Assembly: GCA_902491375.1 (NCBI GenBank)
Contig: CABUHE010000004.1
Location: forward strand, 40,499-104,498
Reading direction: 5' to 3'
DNA: 64,000 bases
Origin: an uncultured Prevotella sp.
Lineage (GTDB): Bacteria; Bacteroidota; Bacteroidia; Bacteroidales; Bacteroidaceae
Each line of letters opens with the position of its first letter. Within the stretch, counting starts at the first letter, position 1. Shown in pieces: positions 24,518-34,269 of the stretch. The position numbers and the translations under genes were made by a program. The notes beneath the pieces are model-generated. The model ran no database searches and had not been told where the DNA came from. It was given only the letters and a program-made list of their open reading frames with translations.

Positions 24518-27331
24518 ATGAGAAAATTATTGATTTCAACTTTGTTTCTCGCTTCTGCCGTGACCGGAGCGTACGCCCAGGGCAGCGTCTACACGCAGCG
24601 CCAGTACCTCAGCGGACAAGGAAGCGACGACATGGTGCAATGGGATTTCTATTGCACCGGAGGCAACAACTCAGGCAAGTGGACAAAAATCGGCGTACCG
24701 TCGTGCTGGGAACTTCAGGGCTTCGGCACTTACCAGTACGGCATGAAGTTTTACGGCAAACCGTTCCCAGACGGCATTGCAGACGAGAAAGGCATGTACA
24801 AGTATGAGTTCACGCTGCCTGCCGAGTGGGCCAACCACCACATCGACCTCGTGTTTGAGGGCTCGATGACCGACACCGAGGTTATGATCAACAAGCGCAA
24901 GGCCGGTTCTCTGCACCAGGGAGCGTTCTACCGCTTCACCTATGACGTAACCGACCGCGTGTTCTTCGGCGACAAGAAAAACCTGCTTGAGGTAACAGTC
25001 AGCAAGGAAAGCACCAACAAGGGCGTCAACCTTGCCGAGCGCCGTGCCGACTATTGGAACTTCGGCGGCATCTTCCGCCCTGTGTTCATTGTGTGCAAAC
25101 CGGCAATAAACATCGAGCGCACGGCTTTGGACGCCAGGGCTGACGGTACGTTCAACGCGTTCGTTCTGCTCAACCATACGCTCGAAGGAGCAAAGGTGCG
25201 CACCACAATCAGCGACATGAGTGGCAAGAAAATTGCCGAAAACACCACCAACGTGAGGACGGGCAGCGACCATGCCGACGTGTCTTTCAAGGTGAACAAC
25301 CCCAAATTGTGGACTGCCGAAACGCCAAACCGCTACCAGGTAGCTTTCGCTCTGATCGACGCAAACGGCAAAACGCTCCACATTGAGAAGGACAAGTTCG
25401 GCTTCAGGACAATCGAAACGCGCGCCGGAGACGGCCTCTACATCAACGGCAAGAAGGTAAACATCCGCGGAGTCAACCGCCACAGCTTCTGGCCGGAGAC
25501 AGGACGCACGCTCAACAAACAGCTCAACATAGCCGACGTGGAGCTTATCAAGAGCATGAACATGAACGCAGTGCGCCTGTCGCACTATCCGGCAGACCCA
25601 GATTTCTATGACGCTTGCGACAGTCTCGGACTGTATGTGATGAGCGAGCTTAGCGGTTGGCACGGCCACCACGAAACTATCAACGGACAGAAGCTCATCA
25701 AGGAAATGGTTACACGCGACGTCAACCATCCTTGTGTGATATGGTGGAGCAACGGAAACGAGAAGGGTTGGAACACGGAACTTGACTGTGAATTCCACAA
25801 ATGGGACATCCAGAAACGCCCTGTACTCCATCCGCAAGGCAACTTCGGAGGATACGAGACCATGCACTACCGCTCCTACGGCGAGAGCGAAGAATACATG
25901 CGCAAGCCCGAAATATTCATGCCGACCGAATTCCTGCACGCCCTTTACGACGGCGGAGCCGGTGCCGGACTGTATGACTATTGGGAACTCATGCGCTCAT
26001 GGCCGCGCTGCGCAGGCGGATTCATCTGGGCTTATGCCGATGAAGGCGTTGTACGCACAGACCTTAACAACATGATCGACAACGTAGGCAACTACGGAGC
26101 CGACGGCATAGTAGGTCCGCACCACGAGAAGGAAGGCAGCTATTACACCGTAAAACAAATATGGAGCCCCGTTCAGATATCAATGCCGGAAAAGTTCAAC
26201 GGTACCCTCAACGTTGAGAACCGCTACAATTTCCTCTCCCTGAACAAGTGCAAGTTCGACTATTCATACGTTAAATACACCGGCGCTGACACAAAGACGG
26301 TAAAGAACGGAACCGTAAACGGAGCCGACATTGCGCCCGACTCTAAAGGTACTATACAAATACCGGCTGCTCCGACAGATGCAGATGCACTCAGCATAAA
26401 GGCAATCGACCAGTACGGAAAGGAAATCTTCACTTGGGTTTTCAAGCTGAAAGATGCCGATAATATATATAAAGGAAAGACAGGAGGCACACGCCCGGTA
26501 TTCAGCAACAACCAAGTAAAAGCAGGAAACGTTACTTATACATTCTCTGCAACAGACGGAACACTCGCAAGCGTAACCACTAATAAAGGCGATTACAAAT
26601 TCAACGGAGGTCCAAAATTCTTCGCTTATCGCCGTTCTGACAGGTCGTTTGACCAGTTCTATAATCACGATGACCCTGAAGCTGAGAAGAAAAAGACCAC
26701 ATACACAGAGTACACGGACCAGGGTAAGTTCGTCAGTCTTACAAGCAAGGACGGCTTGAACGACACTCTTATCGTAACAGCCGAATATGCTCTCGGCTCT
26801 CTTCAGAAAGCAGAATGGCACATTGCACCCGACGGAGGAGCACGTCTTGTATATTCATACAATTTCAACGGCGTTGTAGATCTTATGGGAGTGAAGTTCG
26901 ACTTACCTGAATCTGAAGTTGAAAGCAAACAATGGCTTGGCCATGGTCCTTACAGAGTATGGAAGAACAGAGTACACGGACCGCAGTTAGGAATATGGAG
27001 CAACGATTACAACGACCCAATTCCAGGAGAAAGTTTCACTTATCCGGAGTTCAAGGGTTACTTTGCAGGAGTGCAGTGGATGAAACTCAAGACCAAGACC
27101 GGCACAATAACACTGCAACCTGGAACCGATAAGGAATATGTAGGAGTTTACCAGCCACGCGACGGCCGTGACCAACTGCTCTACACTTTGCCTGAAACAG
27201 GAATCAGTATGATGCAGGTAATACCTGCCGTACGTAATAAGGTGAACACAACCGACCTCAACGGACCGTCTGCCCAACCAGTATGGGCACGTGAAAATTA
27301 CGTCGGAGAAGTAACACTACACTTTGAATAA
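24518..27331 (+). CDS. GH2 glycoside hydrolase (BT0992-like, probable beta-galacturonidase)
   Basis: GVNRH, VRLSHYP, WSNGNE, PTEFLH, GGFIW and a signal peptide. Specificity is inferred from synteny only. Confidence 0.8.
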   Translation: MRKLLISTLFLASAVTGAYAQGSVYTQRQYLSGQGSDDMVQWDFYCTGGNNSGKWTKIGVPSCWELQGFGTYQYGMKFYGKPFPDGIADEKGMYKYEFTLPAEWANHHIDLVFEGSMTDTEVMINKRKAGSLHQGAFYRFTYDVTDRVFFGDKKNLLEVTVSKESTNKGVNLAERRADYWNFGGIFRPVFIVCKPAINIERTALDARADGTFNAFVLLNHTLEGAKVRTTISDMSGKKIAENTTNVRTGSDHADVSFKVNNPKLWTAETPNRYQVAFALIDANGKTLHIEKDKFGFRTIETRAGDGLYINGKKVNIRGVNRHSFWPETGRTLNKQLNIADVELIKSMNMNAVRLSHYPADPDFYDACDSLGLYVMSELSGWHGHHETINGQKLIKEMVTRDVNHPCVIWWSNGNEKGWNTELDCEFHKWDIQKRPVLHPQGNFGGYETMHYRSYGESEEYMRKPEIFMPTEFLHALYDGGAGAGLYDYWELMRSWPRCAGGFIWAYADEGVVRTDLNNMIDNVGNYGADGIVGPHHEKEGSYYTVKQIWSPVQISMPEKFNGTLNVENRYNFLSLNKCKFDYSYVKYTGADTKTVKNGTVNGADIAPDSKGTIQIPAAPTDADALSIKAIDQYGKEIFTWVFKLKDADNIYKGKTGGTRPVFSNNQVKAGNVTYTFSATDGTLASVTTNKGDYKFNGGPKFFAYRRSDRSFDQFYNHDDPEAEKKKTTYTEYTDQGKFVSLTSKDGLNDTLIVTAEYALGSLQKAEWHIAPDGGARLVYSYNFNGVVDLMGVKFDLPESEVESKQWLGHGPYRVWKNRVHGPQLGIWSNDYNDPIPGESFTYPEFKGYFAGVQWMKLKTKTGTITLQPGTDKEYVGVYQPRDGRDQLLYTLPETGISMMQVIPAVRNKVNTTDLNGPSAQPVWARENYVGEVTLHFE

Positions 27332-27333
27332 CC

Positions 27334-30300
27334 ATGAAAAAAATACTTTCCATAATACTGGCTTGCGCCACAATAGCGCCGGCAACAGCGCAGAATACCA
27401 TTCAGGACAAAGCTCCTGAATGGTACAAGCGTTTCATGTCACCACCTGAGGAAGCCGCTCCATGGACCTTTTGGTATTGGATGTACGGCTGCGTTACAGA
27501 CGAAGGAATACGCTTAGATCTACAAGCCATGCACGATGCAAGCATCAAAGGATTCTACTTAATGCCTATAAAAGACGTCAGCGACGGGGCACAATATAAA
27601 GGAACAAGCCGTCAGTTGTCGCCCGAATGGTGGAAACGCATAGACACAGTGTTCAACACAGCCAACGAACTTGGACTCGAAATGGGCATACACTTCTGTG
27701 ACGGTTTCGCTCTTGGAGGCGGCCCGTGGATAACTCCAGAAGAGTCTATGCAGCGCATTGTATGGTCTGACACAATAGTTGAAGGCGGCAAACAGGAAAT
27801 CACACTGCCTCGTCCTGAACACAAAGAAGGTTACTATGAAGACATAACAACATTCGCCTATCCTGCCGAATACACTGACAACAGGAAGCCGACAGCCTCA
27901 GTTGAATTCCCGTTCCGCTCTTCAGAGCCGTGCGATATTATAATGTCATACGACGAACCTTATACCATGCGAAGCGTTGAAATAATCACTGGAGGCAACA
28001 ACTATCAGGCTCACAGATTCAAAGTCTACGCATCTGACGACGGCAAGGACTATCATTTTGTCAGAGAAATAAGCCCTGCAAGACAAGGATGGCAGAACAC
28101 AGACGCCTACGCAACATACGCAATACCGACAACAACAGCACGTTACTTCAAGTTTCACTGGACTCCAGAAGGCAGCGATCCCGGTTCGGAAGACATGGAT
28201 GCGGCAAAATGGAAGCCCAATCTGAAGATTGCAAACATCGTTCTAAGTTCTGAACCTAAGATAGACGGATATGAAGGAAAATCTGGAAAGGTATGGCGTG
28301 TATCGGAATATTTCCCCGTTGCAGACAACGAATGTGTACCCAAAGACAAGATTATCAATCTTACCGGCAAGCTGCTTTCATCTGATTTTCTGGACAAACC
28401 GTTCTTTATCAATCTGCCAAAAGGACGCTGGCACATACTCCGCATAGGACATACTTCGACAGGACACGTTAACGCAACAGGTGGAGGTGGACGCGGACTT
28501 GAGTGTGACAAATTCTCACGCGAAGCAATCAAGAAGCAGTTTGACAACTGGTTTGCAAAGATATATAACCATGTTCCGAAAGAACTAGCAGAGAAAGTAC
28601 TGACCAGAATCCACGTTGACAGCTGGGAATGCGGCAGTCAGAACTGGAGCAAAAACTTTACAGATGAATTCAGACGACGCCGCGGATACGACCTTACGCC
28701 GTGGCTTCCGCTATACGCAGGCGTGCCAATCGGTACTTCTGAAGAATCAGAGAAAGTGCTACGCGACATCCGCCAGACAATCGCGGAACTTATCAACGAC
28801 ATCTTCTTTGACGAAGTTGCAACCCTCGGAAAGGAATACGGCTGCAAGTTCTCTGCCGAATGTGTAGCACCTACTATGGTAAGCGACGGACTCCTACACT
28901 ACCAACATACCGACTATCCTATGGGCGAATTCTGGCTTAACAGTCCGACGCACGACAAGCTTAACGACATGCTCGACGCTGTAAGCGGAGCCCACATATA
29001 CGGCAAGAACATCATACAGGCAGAAGGATTCACCGAGATACGCGGCACATGGGACGAAGACTTCGCAATGCTGAAACCGCTGCTCGACCGTAATTACTGC
29101 ACTGGAATTAACGCGATTGTGTACCATGTGAACACTCACAACCCCTGGACTGACCGCCGGCCGGGCATGACTCTTGACGGAATTGGCACATTCTTCCAGC
29201 GTGACAACACGTGGTGGAGAGAGATGCCGGCATTCACCGGCTACGCATCACGCTGCCAGGCGCTGCTGCAATACGGCAAACCTGTCATTGACCTGGCTGT
29301 CTATACAGGCGACGAGACACCAAGACGCTCAATACTGCCCGAACGTCTTATAACATCTCTGCCCGGACTTTACAGCGAACAGACAAAAGAACGCGAGCGC
29401 AAACGCCTTGCCAACGAAGGCCAACCGCTCGAAGTAAGTCCTGTCGGAGTAACTCACACTGCCAATATGACCAAAGCCGAACAATGGATTAACCCTCTGC
29501 GCGGCTATCACTACGACTCGTTCAACCACGATGTCCTCGGCAAATCGCATGTAAAGAACGGCAGACTAATCACTCATGACGGCATGGAATATGCAGCTCT
29601 GGTAATACCGCAGGCGAGAAAGATGAACCCAGAACGCATCATAAACTGCTGGCAGACAATCGACTCAATAGGTAAATGGGGCGTGCCGGTAATACGTGAA
29701 CTATGGAAAGAAGCTGACCTGTCACGCATCGGAATCAAGCGTGATGCAGACCTTCCAGAAGGTATCGGCTTCACCCACCGCACCGCCGAAGACGCTGACA
29801 TATACTTCCTAAGCAACCAGACAGGCAAAACTGTTACATTCAAACCTACATTCAGAGCGGAAAGAACACATAAATATCTTGCCGATGCAGTAACAGGAAA
29901 AGTCTACAATGCTGCTGAAAACGTAACCCTTCAGGCAGGAGGTTCGGTGTTCTTCATAATGTCTGACGAAGCCGTACCATACAAACTGAACTCAATGCCG
30001 ACACAAAGCACCACCCTGCTGGCACTCGACAAGAACAAATGGAACATCAGCTTTGAGGAAACAGGCAGAAAACTGACCGGCAGTAAGCTCATAGACTGGA
30101 GCAAGTCTGACGACAACGAAGTGAAATATTACTCAGGTCACGCGACATACCAGACCACATTCCGCCTGAGCAAAAAGCCAAAGAACGGAACAATAATGCT
30201 CAATCTTGGCACAGTGGCAAACATAGCAACCGTCTACGTGAATGGCAAGAAGTGCGGAACGGCATGGACTACACCGTTTGCGGTGGACATAACAAAAGCG

Positions 30301-30486
30301 GTAAAGCACGGTACAAACAAGCTGAAAATAACCGTCGTGAACACCTGGGCAAACGCACTTCAGGGCAACGACGCAGGCAATCCGCCATTTAAAGGAATAT
30401 GGACAAACGGCAAATACCGCCGTGCAAGCAAGGAACTGCTGCCTGCCGGACTGCTGGGCCCTGTAACTATAACGAACGAATATTAA
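27334..30486 (+). CDS. GH106 alpha-L-rhamnosidase (BT0986-like)
   Basis: PWTFWYWM, GGPWITPE, HVDSWE, PMGEFW, AEGFT, C-terminal jelly-roll ending AGLLGPV. Confidence 0.9.
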   Translation: MKKILSIILACATIAPATAQNTIQDKAPEWYKRFMSPPEEAAPWTFWYWMYGCVTDEGIRLDLQAMHDASIKGFYLMPIKDVSDGAQYKGTSRQLSPEWWKRIDTVFNTANELGLEMGIHFCDGFALGGGPWITPEESMQRIVWSDTIVEGGKQEITLPRPEHKEGYYEDITTFAYPAEYTDNRKPTASVEFPFRSSEPCDIIMSYDEPYTMRSVEIITGGNNYQAHRFKVYASDDGKDYHFVREISPARQGWQNTDAYATYAIPTTTARYFKFHWTPEGSDPGSEDMDAAKWKPNLKIANIVLSSEPKIDGYEGKSGKVWRVSEYFPVADNECVPKDKIINLTGKLLSSDFLDKPFFINLPKGRWHILRIGHTSTGHVNATGGGGRGLECDKFSREAIKKQFDNWFAKIYNHVPKELAEKVLTRIHVDSWECGSQNWSKNFTDEFRRRRGYDLTPWLPLYAGVPIGTSEESEKVLRDIRQTIAELINDIFFDEVATLGKEYGCKFSAECVAPTMVSDGLLHYQHTDYPMGEFWLNSPTHDKLNDMLDAVSGAHIYGKNIIQAEGFTEIRGTWDEDFAMLKPLLDRNYCTGINAIVYHVNTHNPWTDRRPGMTLDGIGTFFQRDNTWWREMPAFTGYASRCQALLQYGKPVIDLAVYTGDETPRRSILPERLITSLPGLYSEQTKERERKRLANEGQPLEVSPVGVTHTANMTKAEQWINPLRGYHYDSFNHDVLGKSHVKNGRLITHDGMEYAALVIPQARKMNPERIINCWQTIDSIGKWGVPVIRELWKEADLSRIGIKRDADLPEGIGFTHRTAEDADIYFLSNQTGKTVTFKPTFRAERTHKYLADAVTGKVYNAAENVTLQAGGSVFFIMSDEAVPYKLNSMPTQSTTLLALDKNKWNISFEETGRKLTGSKLIDWSKSDDNEVKYYSGHATYQTTFRLSKKPKNGTIMLNLGTVANIATVYVNGKKCGTAWTTPFAVDITKAVKHGTNKLKITVVNTWANALQGNDAGNPPFKGIWTNGKYRRASKELLPAGLLGPVTITNEY

Positions 30487-30499
30487 AAAAAACAGATAA

Positions 30500-31909
30500 A
30501 TGAAAAAACTGATATTCTTATTCTCAGCGCTGCTGGCAGCAACCTATGCCAGCGCAAAAGTCACGCTGCCAAAGATGTTTTCCGACGGAATGGTCATGCA
30601 GCGTGAGACTCAAGCCAACCTATGGGGCACAGCTGACGCATCAGCAACGGTCAAGATTACAACTTCATGGGACAACAAGACATATAAAGTGAAAGCCGGA
30701 AAGGACGGCAAATGGAAGACTTCCGTGCAGACACCGAAGGCCGGAGGACCATACAGAATAACACTGACAGACAGCGAAAAGACCGTACTCGACAATATTC
30801 TGATAGGCGAACTGTGGCTTTGCTCAGGTCAGAGCAACATGGAAATGCCGATGAAAGGCTTCAAAAACCAGCCCGTTGAGGGTGCTGTTGAGGACATTCT
30901 GCACAGCACTGACAGCCAGCTGCGCCTGTTCACCGTAAAACGCAACAGCAAACTGAACCCTGTCGACACTGTAAGCGGTAAATGGAGCGAGGCAACGCCA
31001 GAGTCAGTACGTGAATTCAGCGCAACGGCCTACTACTTCGGCCGCGAGCTGCGCCGCATGCTCGGAGTGCCGGTGGGCCTTGTCGTGGCATCATGGGGCG
31101 GCTCAGCATGCGAGGCATGGATGAAAGCCGACTGGCTGAAAGCATTTCCTGACGCCAAGATACCTGCCACACAAGACGACATAAAGTCGAAAAACCGCAC
31201 GCCGACAGTACTCTACAACGGCATGCTTCATCCGCTTATCGGCATGACAATACGCGGAGCTATATGGTATCAGGGCGAAGACAACGTGCCGCGCTACAAA
31301 ACCTATGCCGACATGATGACAGCAATGATAAGCGGATGGCGCGCTGAATGGGGACAGGGCGACTTCCCCTTCTACTTCTGCCAGATAGCTCCTTACGACT
31401 ATAAGATAATAAACTACACAGTGAACAGTGCCCTGCTGCGCGAACAGCAGTCGAAAGCCGAGCTTATGAACAAGAACTGCGGCATGGCCGTTCTGCTTGA
31501 CGCCGGACTTGAGTACGGCATCCATCCACGCAAGAAGAATCTCGCCGGACTTCGTCTTGCTCTGCTCGCACTGAACAAGACCTACGGCATCAAAGGCATA
31601 ACGGCAGAGAGTCCTTACTTCCGCGACGTTACATTCCAGAACGATACGGCTGTGGTACGCTTCAACCGTGCCGACATGTGGGTTTACGGCCGTAACGGAC
31701 TGAAGAGCGACCTGTTTGAGGTTGCAGGTGAAGACCGCGTGTTCCATCCGGCAAAAGCATGGATAGAGCGCAGCAAAGTATACGTGAAGAGCGACTCGGT
31801 GAAGAATCCTGTAGCCGTGCGCTATGCCTTCAAAGACTGGGTTGACGGCGACCTTTACTGCGACGGACTTCCTGTAAGCTCATTCCGCACAGACAACTGG
31901 GACGAATAA
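30500..31909 (+). CDS. SASA-family O-acetylesterase (sialate O-acetylesterase-like, BT0985-like)
   Basis: GELWLCSGQSNM, WYQGE, IHP, VAVRYAF and a signal peptide. Confidence 0.9.
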   Translation: MKKLIFLFSALLAATYASAKVTLPKMFSDGMVMQRETQANLWGTADASATVKITTSWDNKTYKVKAGKDGKWKTSVQTPKAGGPYRITLTDSEKTVLDNILIGELWLCSGQSNMEMPMKGFKNQPVEGAVEDILHSTDSQLRLFTVKRNSKLNPVDTVSGKWSEATPESVREFSATAYYFGRELRRMLGVPVGLVVASWGGSACEAWMKADWLKAFPDAKIPATQDDIKSKNRTPTVLYNGMLHPLIGMTIRGAIWYQGEDNVPRYKTYADMMTAMISGWRAEWGQGDFPFYFCQIAPYDYKIINYTVNSALLREQQSKAELMNKNCGMAVLLDAGLEYGIHPRKKNLAGLRLALLALNKTYGIKGITAESPYFRDVTFQNDTAVVRFNRADMWVYGRNGLKSDLFEVAGEDRVFHPAKAWIERSKVYVKSDSVKNPVAVRYAFKDWVDGDLYCDGLPVSSFRTDNWDE

Positions 31910-31992
31910 AAACACACCATAACGGCTGAACGGATATTAACCGGCAACAAGAACAAGACCGTTTAACAGGTCTATATTTATCCATACAAAAC

Positions 31993-32103
31993 GAAAGGTA
32001 GCCTCACGATTTTGTGAAAGGCTACCTTTTACTTTATAAAAGGCCATGTTTTACAAGTTAAAAGGGCACCTTTCGCATTGCGAAAGGTGCCCTTTTGTAA
32101 TAT
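31993..32103. repeat. Intergenic 22-bp periodic array, copy 4, with a perfect palindrome (possible bidirectional terminator)
   Basis: Units start at 31993, 32016, 32038, 32060 and 32082. 32060-32077 and 32079-32096 form a perfect 18-bp inverted repeat between convergent genes. CTGAATATCAG lies at 32105. Confidence 0.85.
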
Positions 32104-32234
32104 ACTGAATATCAGACAGGTACGTAACTGTCCGCCTGAAAGTTCTTAATAAGCATCATGTCATGTGATGAAATGTATTATTATAAAATGCAAATCAGCA
32201 TCAACGGCATGACAACATCAGCTGCATGGCCGGC

Positions 32235-33218
32235 TTATTCGGCTTCTTTAGAGGCCTTCTCTGCCTCAATATCCCTACGCGACTTTGACTTGGTAACCAT
32301 CCATACGCCGAGGAATACAAGTATGACAGCCGCTCCCTGAGACAGCTTGAACACTCCAAGACCTGTAAGCACACTGACAGTTACAGAAACCATAGGCTGC
32401 ACATAGTTGTAGATACTTACCACGGTAGGACGCAGCGTGTGCTGACCTATCATCATAAGGATGTAACTTATATATGTACCGAACACTACAACGAAGCCTG
32501 TCTCAAGCCATGAGCTTACAGGAACCGAGGCATAATCGATTGAAGAAACATGACCGAAGGTGAACGGCAGAATCATAATTGTAGCGTAAGTGAACATCCA
32601 CTTATTGATAGTTATAACCGAGTAACGGCGTACAAGCGGACTGAACAGAGCAAGATAGAGCGCAAACGAGAACTGCGCACCTAAGCATAAGAGGTCGCCG
32701 CGGATATCGCCGACCTTTGAATTAGCAGACGCCGCACTTGTAACAATCAGTATCACAGCACCGGCACAACCAATGAGCACACCGCCAACTTTCTTCGCCG
32801 TAATAGGCTCTTTAAGTATAAGAAATGCCAGAATCATTGCAAAAATAGGCATTGAGGTCGTAACTATGCTCGAATTTATAGGCGAAGTTATGCTCAATCC
32901 GATGGTATAGCAGCACTGGTTGGTAACAAGTCCGAAAACTGCCGCGCCTATCAGCATTAGCAAATCTTTCTTAGGCACATGCTCTTTAGGCATGAACAGA
33001 GAAGTAATCCAAAACAATACGGCACCTCCGAGAACACGGAACGTAACCATGTCGATACCTGTAAAGCCGTGAGTCATGGCATCTTTGCCTAAAGGAGCCA
33101 TCAAGCCCCAGAACGCGCAGGCGCAAAACAAGCACAAGTGTGCTATTAACGGACGTGAAGCCCCTCCTTTCCTCATTTTTGTCTGGGGCGTCTGTTTCAT
33201 CTGATTGTCATTCTGCAT
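32235..33218 (-). CDS. DMT/EamA family transporter
   Basis: About 10 TM segments in two repeats, LILKEPIT, GDLLCL, YNYVQP. Confidence 0.92.
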   Translation of the reverse strand: MQNDNQMKQTPQTKMRKGGASRPLIAHLCLFCACAFWGLMAPLGKDAMTHGFTGIDMVTFRVLGGAVLFWITSLFMPKEHVPKKDLLMLIGAAVFGLVTNQCCYTIGLSITSPINSSIVTTSMPIFAMILAFLILKEPITAKKVGGVLIGCAGAVILIVTSAASANSKVGDIRGDLLCLGAQFSFALYLALFSPLVRRYSVITINKWMFTYATIMILPFTFGHVSSIDYASVPVSSWLETGFVVVFGTYISYILMMIGQHTLRPTVVSIYNYVQPMVSVTVSVLTGLGVFKLSQGAAVILVFLGVWMVTKSKSRRDIEAEKASKEAE

Positions 33219-33308
33219 AATAACGAAATATGTTTAATTAAGCTATATTAATATCCTGAAAATCTTTCTGTTAGAATTTGTTTTCGACTTTTTAAGCAAT
33301 TTCGGGTG

Positions 33309-33345
33309 CAAAGTTACACATTTTTAAAATAAATGGTTATATTTG
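33309..33345. promoter_or_regulatory. Back-to-back divergent sigma-A -7 boxes
   Basis: TAACTTTG on the minus strand (33316-33309) faces the DMT gene. TATATTTG on the plus strand (33338-33345) faces the ATPase. Confidence 0.6.
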
Positions 33346-33375
33346 CCTTTGATAAGTAAGGATAAATTTAATATT

Positions 33376-34197
33376 ATGCAAAAATACGCCGATTACATAG
33401 AGAAGATTGAGATTGACTCGCTGTGGAGCGGTCGCCGCCACGTTGTATGGGAGCTTGAGCGCAAGGTGAATATCCTTAGCGGCATCAACGGTGTAGGCAA
33501 GAGTACCATACTGAACAAAGTCGTCAAGAGTGTAGGCAAGACCGGCGACATTGTCAACCATGTGATGAAAGGCGTACACATCAACGTATTTCCGGCCGAC
33601 GCCACACACATACGTTATGACATTATCCGCTCGTTTGACCGTCCGCTTATAAATGCCGACATTCTGAACGAAGTCGGAGCAAACCTCGTAACCGAGCTTG
33701 ACTGGCAACTGTTCAAGCTGCAGCGCAAATATCTTGACTATCAGGTGAACATCGGCAACCGCATAATATCAGTACTGCAAAGCGGCGCTCCCGACGCAGC
33801 CGCCAAGGCTCAGGCCATATCAGAGCCCAAGAAGAAGTTTCAGGACCTGATAGACGACCTCTTTTCAGACACAGGCAAGAAGATAATAAGGACTGAAAAC
33901 GAAATCAGATTCTCACAAATCGGCGAGACACTGTACCCTTACCAGCTCTCAAGCGGTGAGAAACAGATGCTCGCCATACTGCTGACTGTGCTTATCGAGG
34001 ACAATCTGCCCTACGTACTATTCATGGATGAGCCGGAAGTAAGCCTGCATATCGAATGGCAGAAACGCCTGATTGACCTTATACTCGAACTCAACGAGAA
34101 CGTGCAGATAATACTGACAACCCACTCGCCGGCAGTAGTCATGAACGGATGGATTGATAAAATAACCGAAGTCAGCGACATCACGGACAACGAATGA
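33376..34197 (+). CDS. ABC-type (AAA_15/AAA_21) ATPase, AriA-like
   Basis: Walker A GINGVGKST, signature LSSGEKQ, Walker B FMDEPE, H-loop TTHSP. Start set at ATG 33376 because the TTG at 33343 lies inside the -7 box. Confidence 0.88.
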   Translation: MQKYADYIEKIEIDSLWSGRRHVVWELERKVNILSGINGVGKSTILNKVVKSVGKTGDIVNHVMKGVHINVFPADATHIRYDIIRSFDRPLINADILNEVGANLVTELDWQLFKLQRKYLDYQVNIGNRIISVLQSGAPDAAAKAQAISEPKKKFQDLIDDLFSDTGKKIIRTENEIRFSQIGETLYPYQLSSGEKQMLAILLTVLIEDNLPYVLFMDEPEVSLHIEWQKRLIDLILELNENVQIILTTHSPAVVMNGWIDKITEVSDITDNE

Positions 34198-34269
34198 ACC
34201 TGACCGACAGCAGACATAACACTAAATAATACTGAAAAACGTCACCATTAACGAGAAACACGACCATAT

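Noticed and set aside
24671..25939. 422-aa minus-strand ORF
   Set aside because: It is the antisense shadow of the GH2 gene, explained by C-ending codon bias.
33376..34197. ATPase subunit of an ABC transporter working with the DMT gene
   Set aside because: DMT proteins are secondary carriers, the gene is divergent, and the co-oriented partner is a soluble TOPRIM-like protein.
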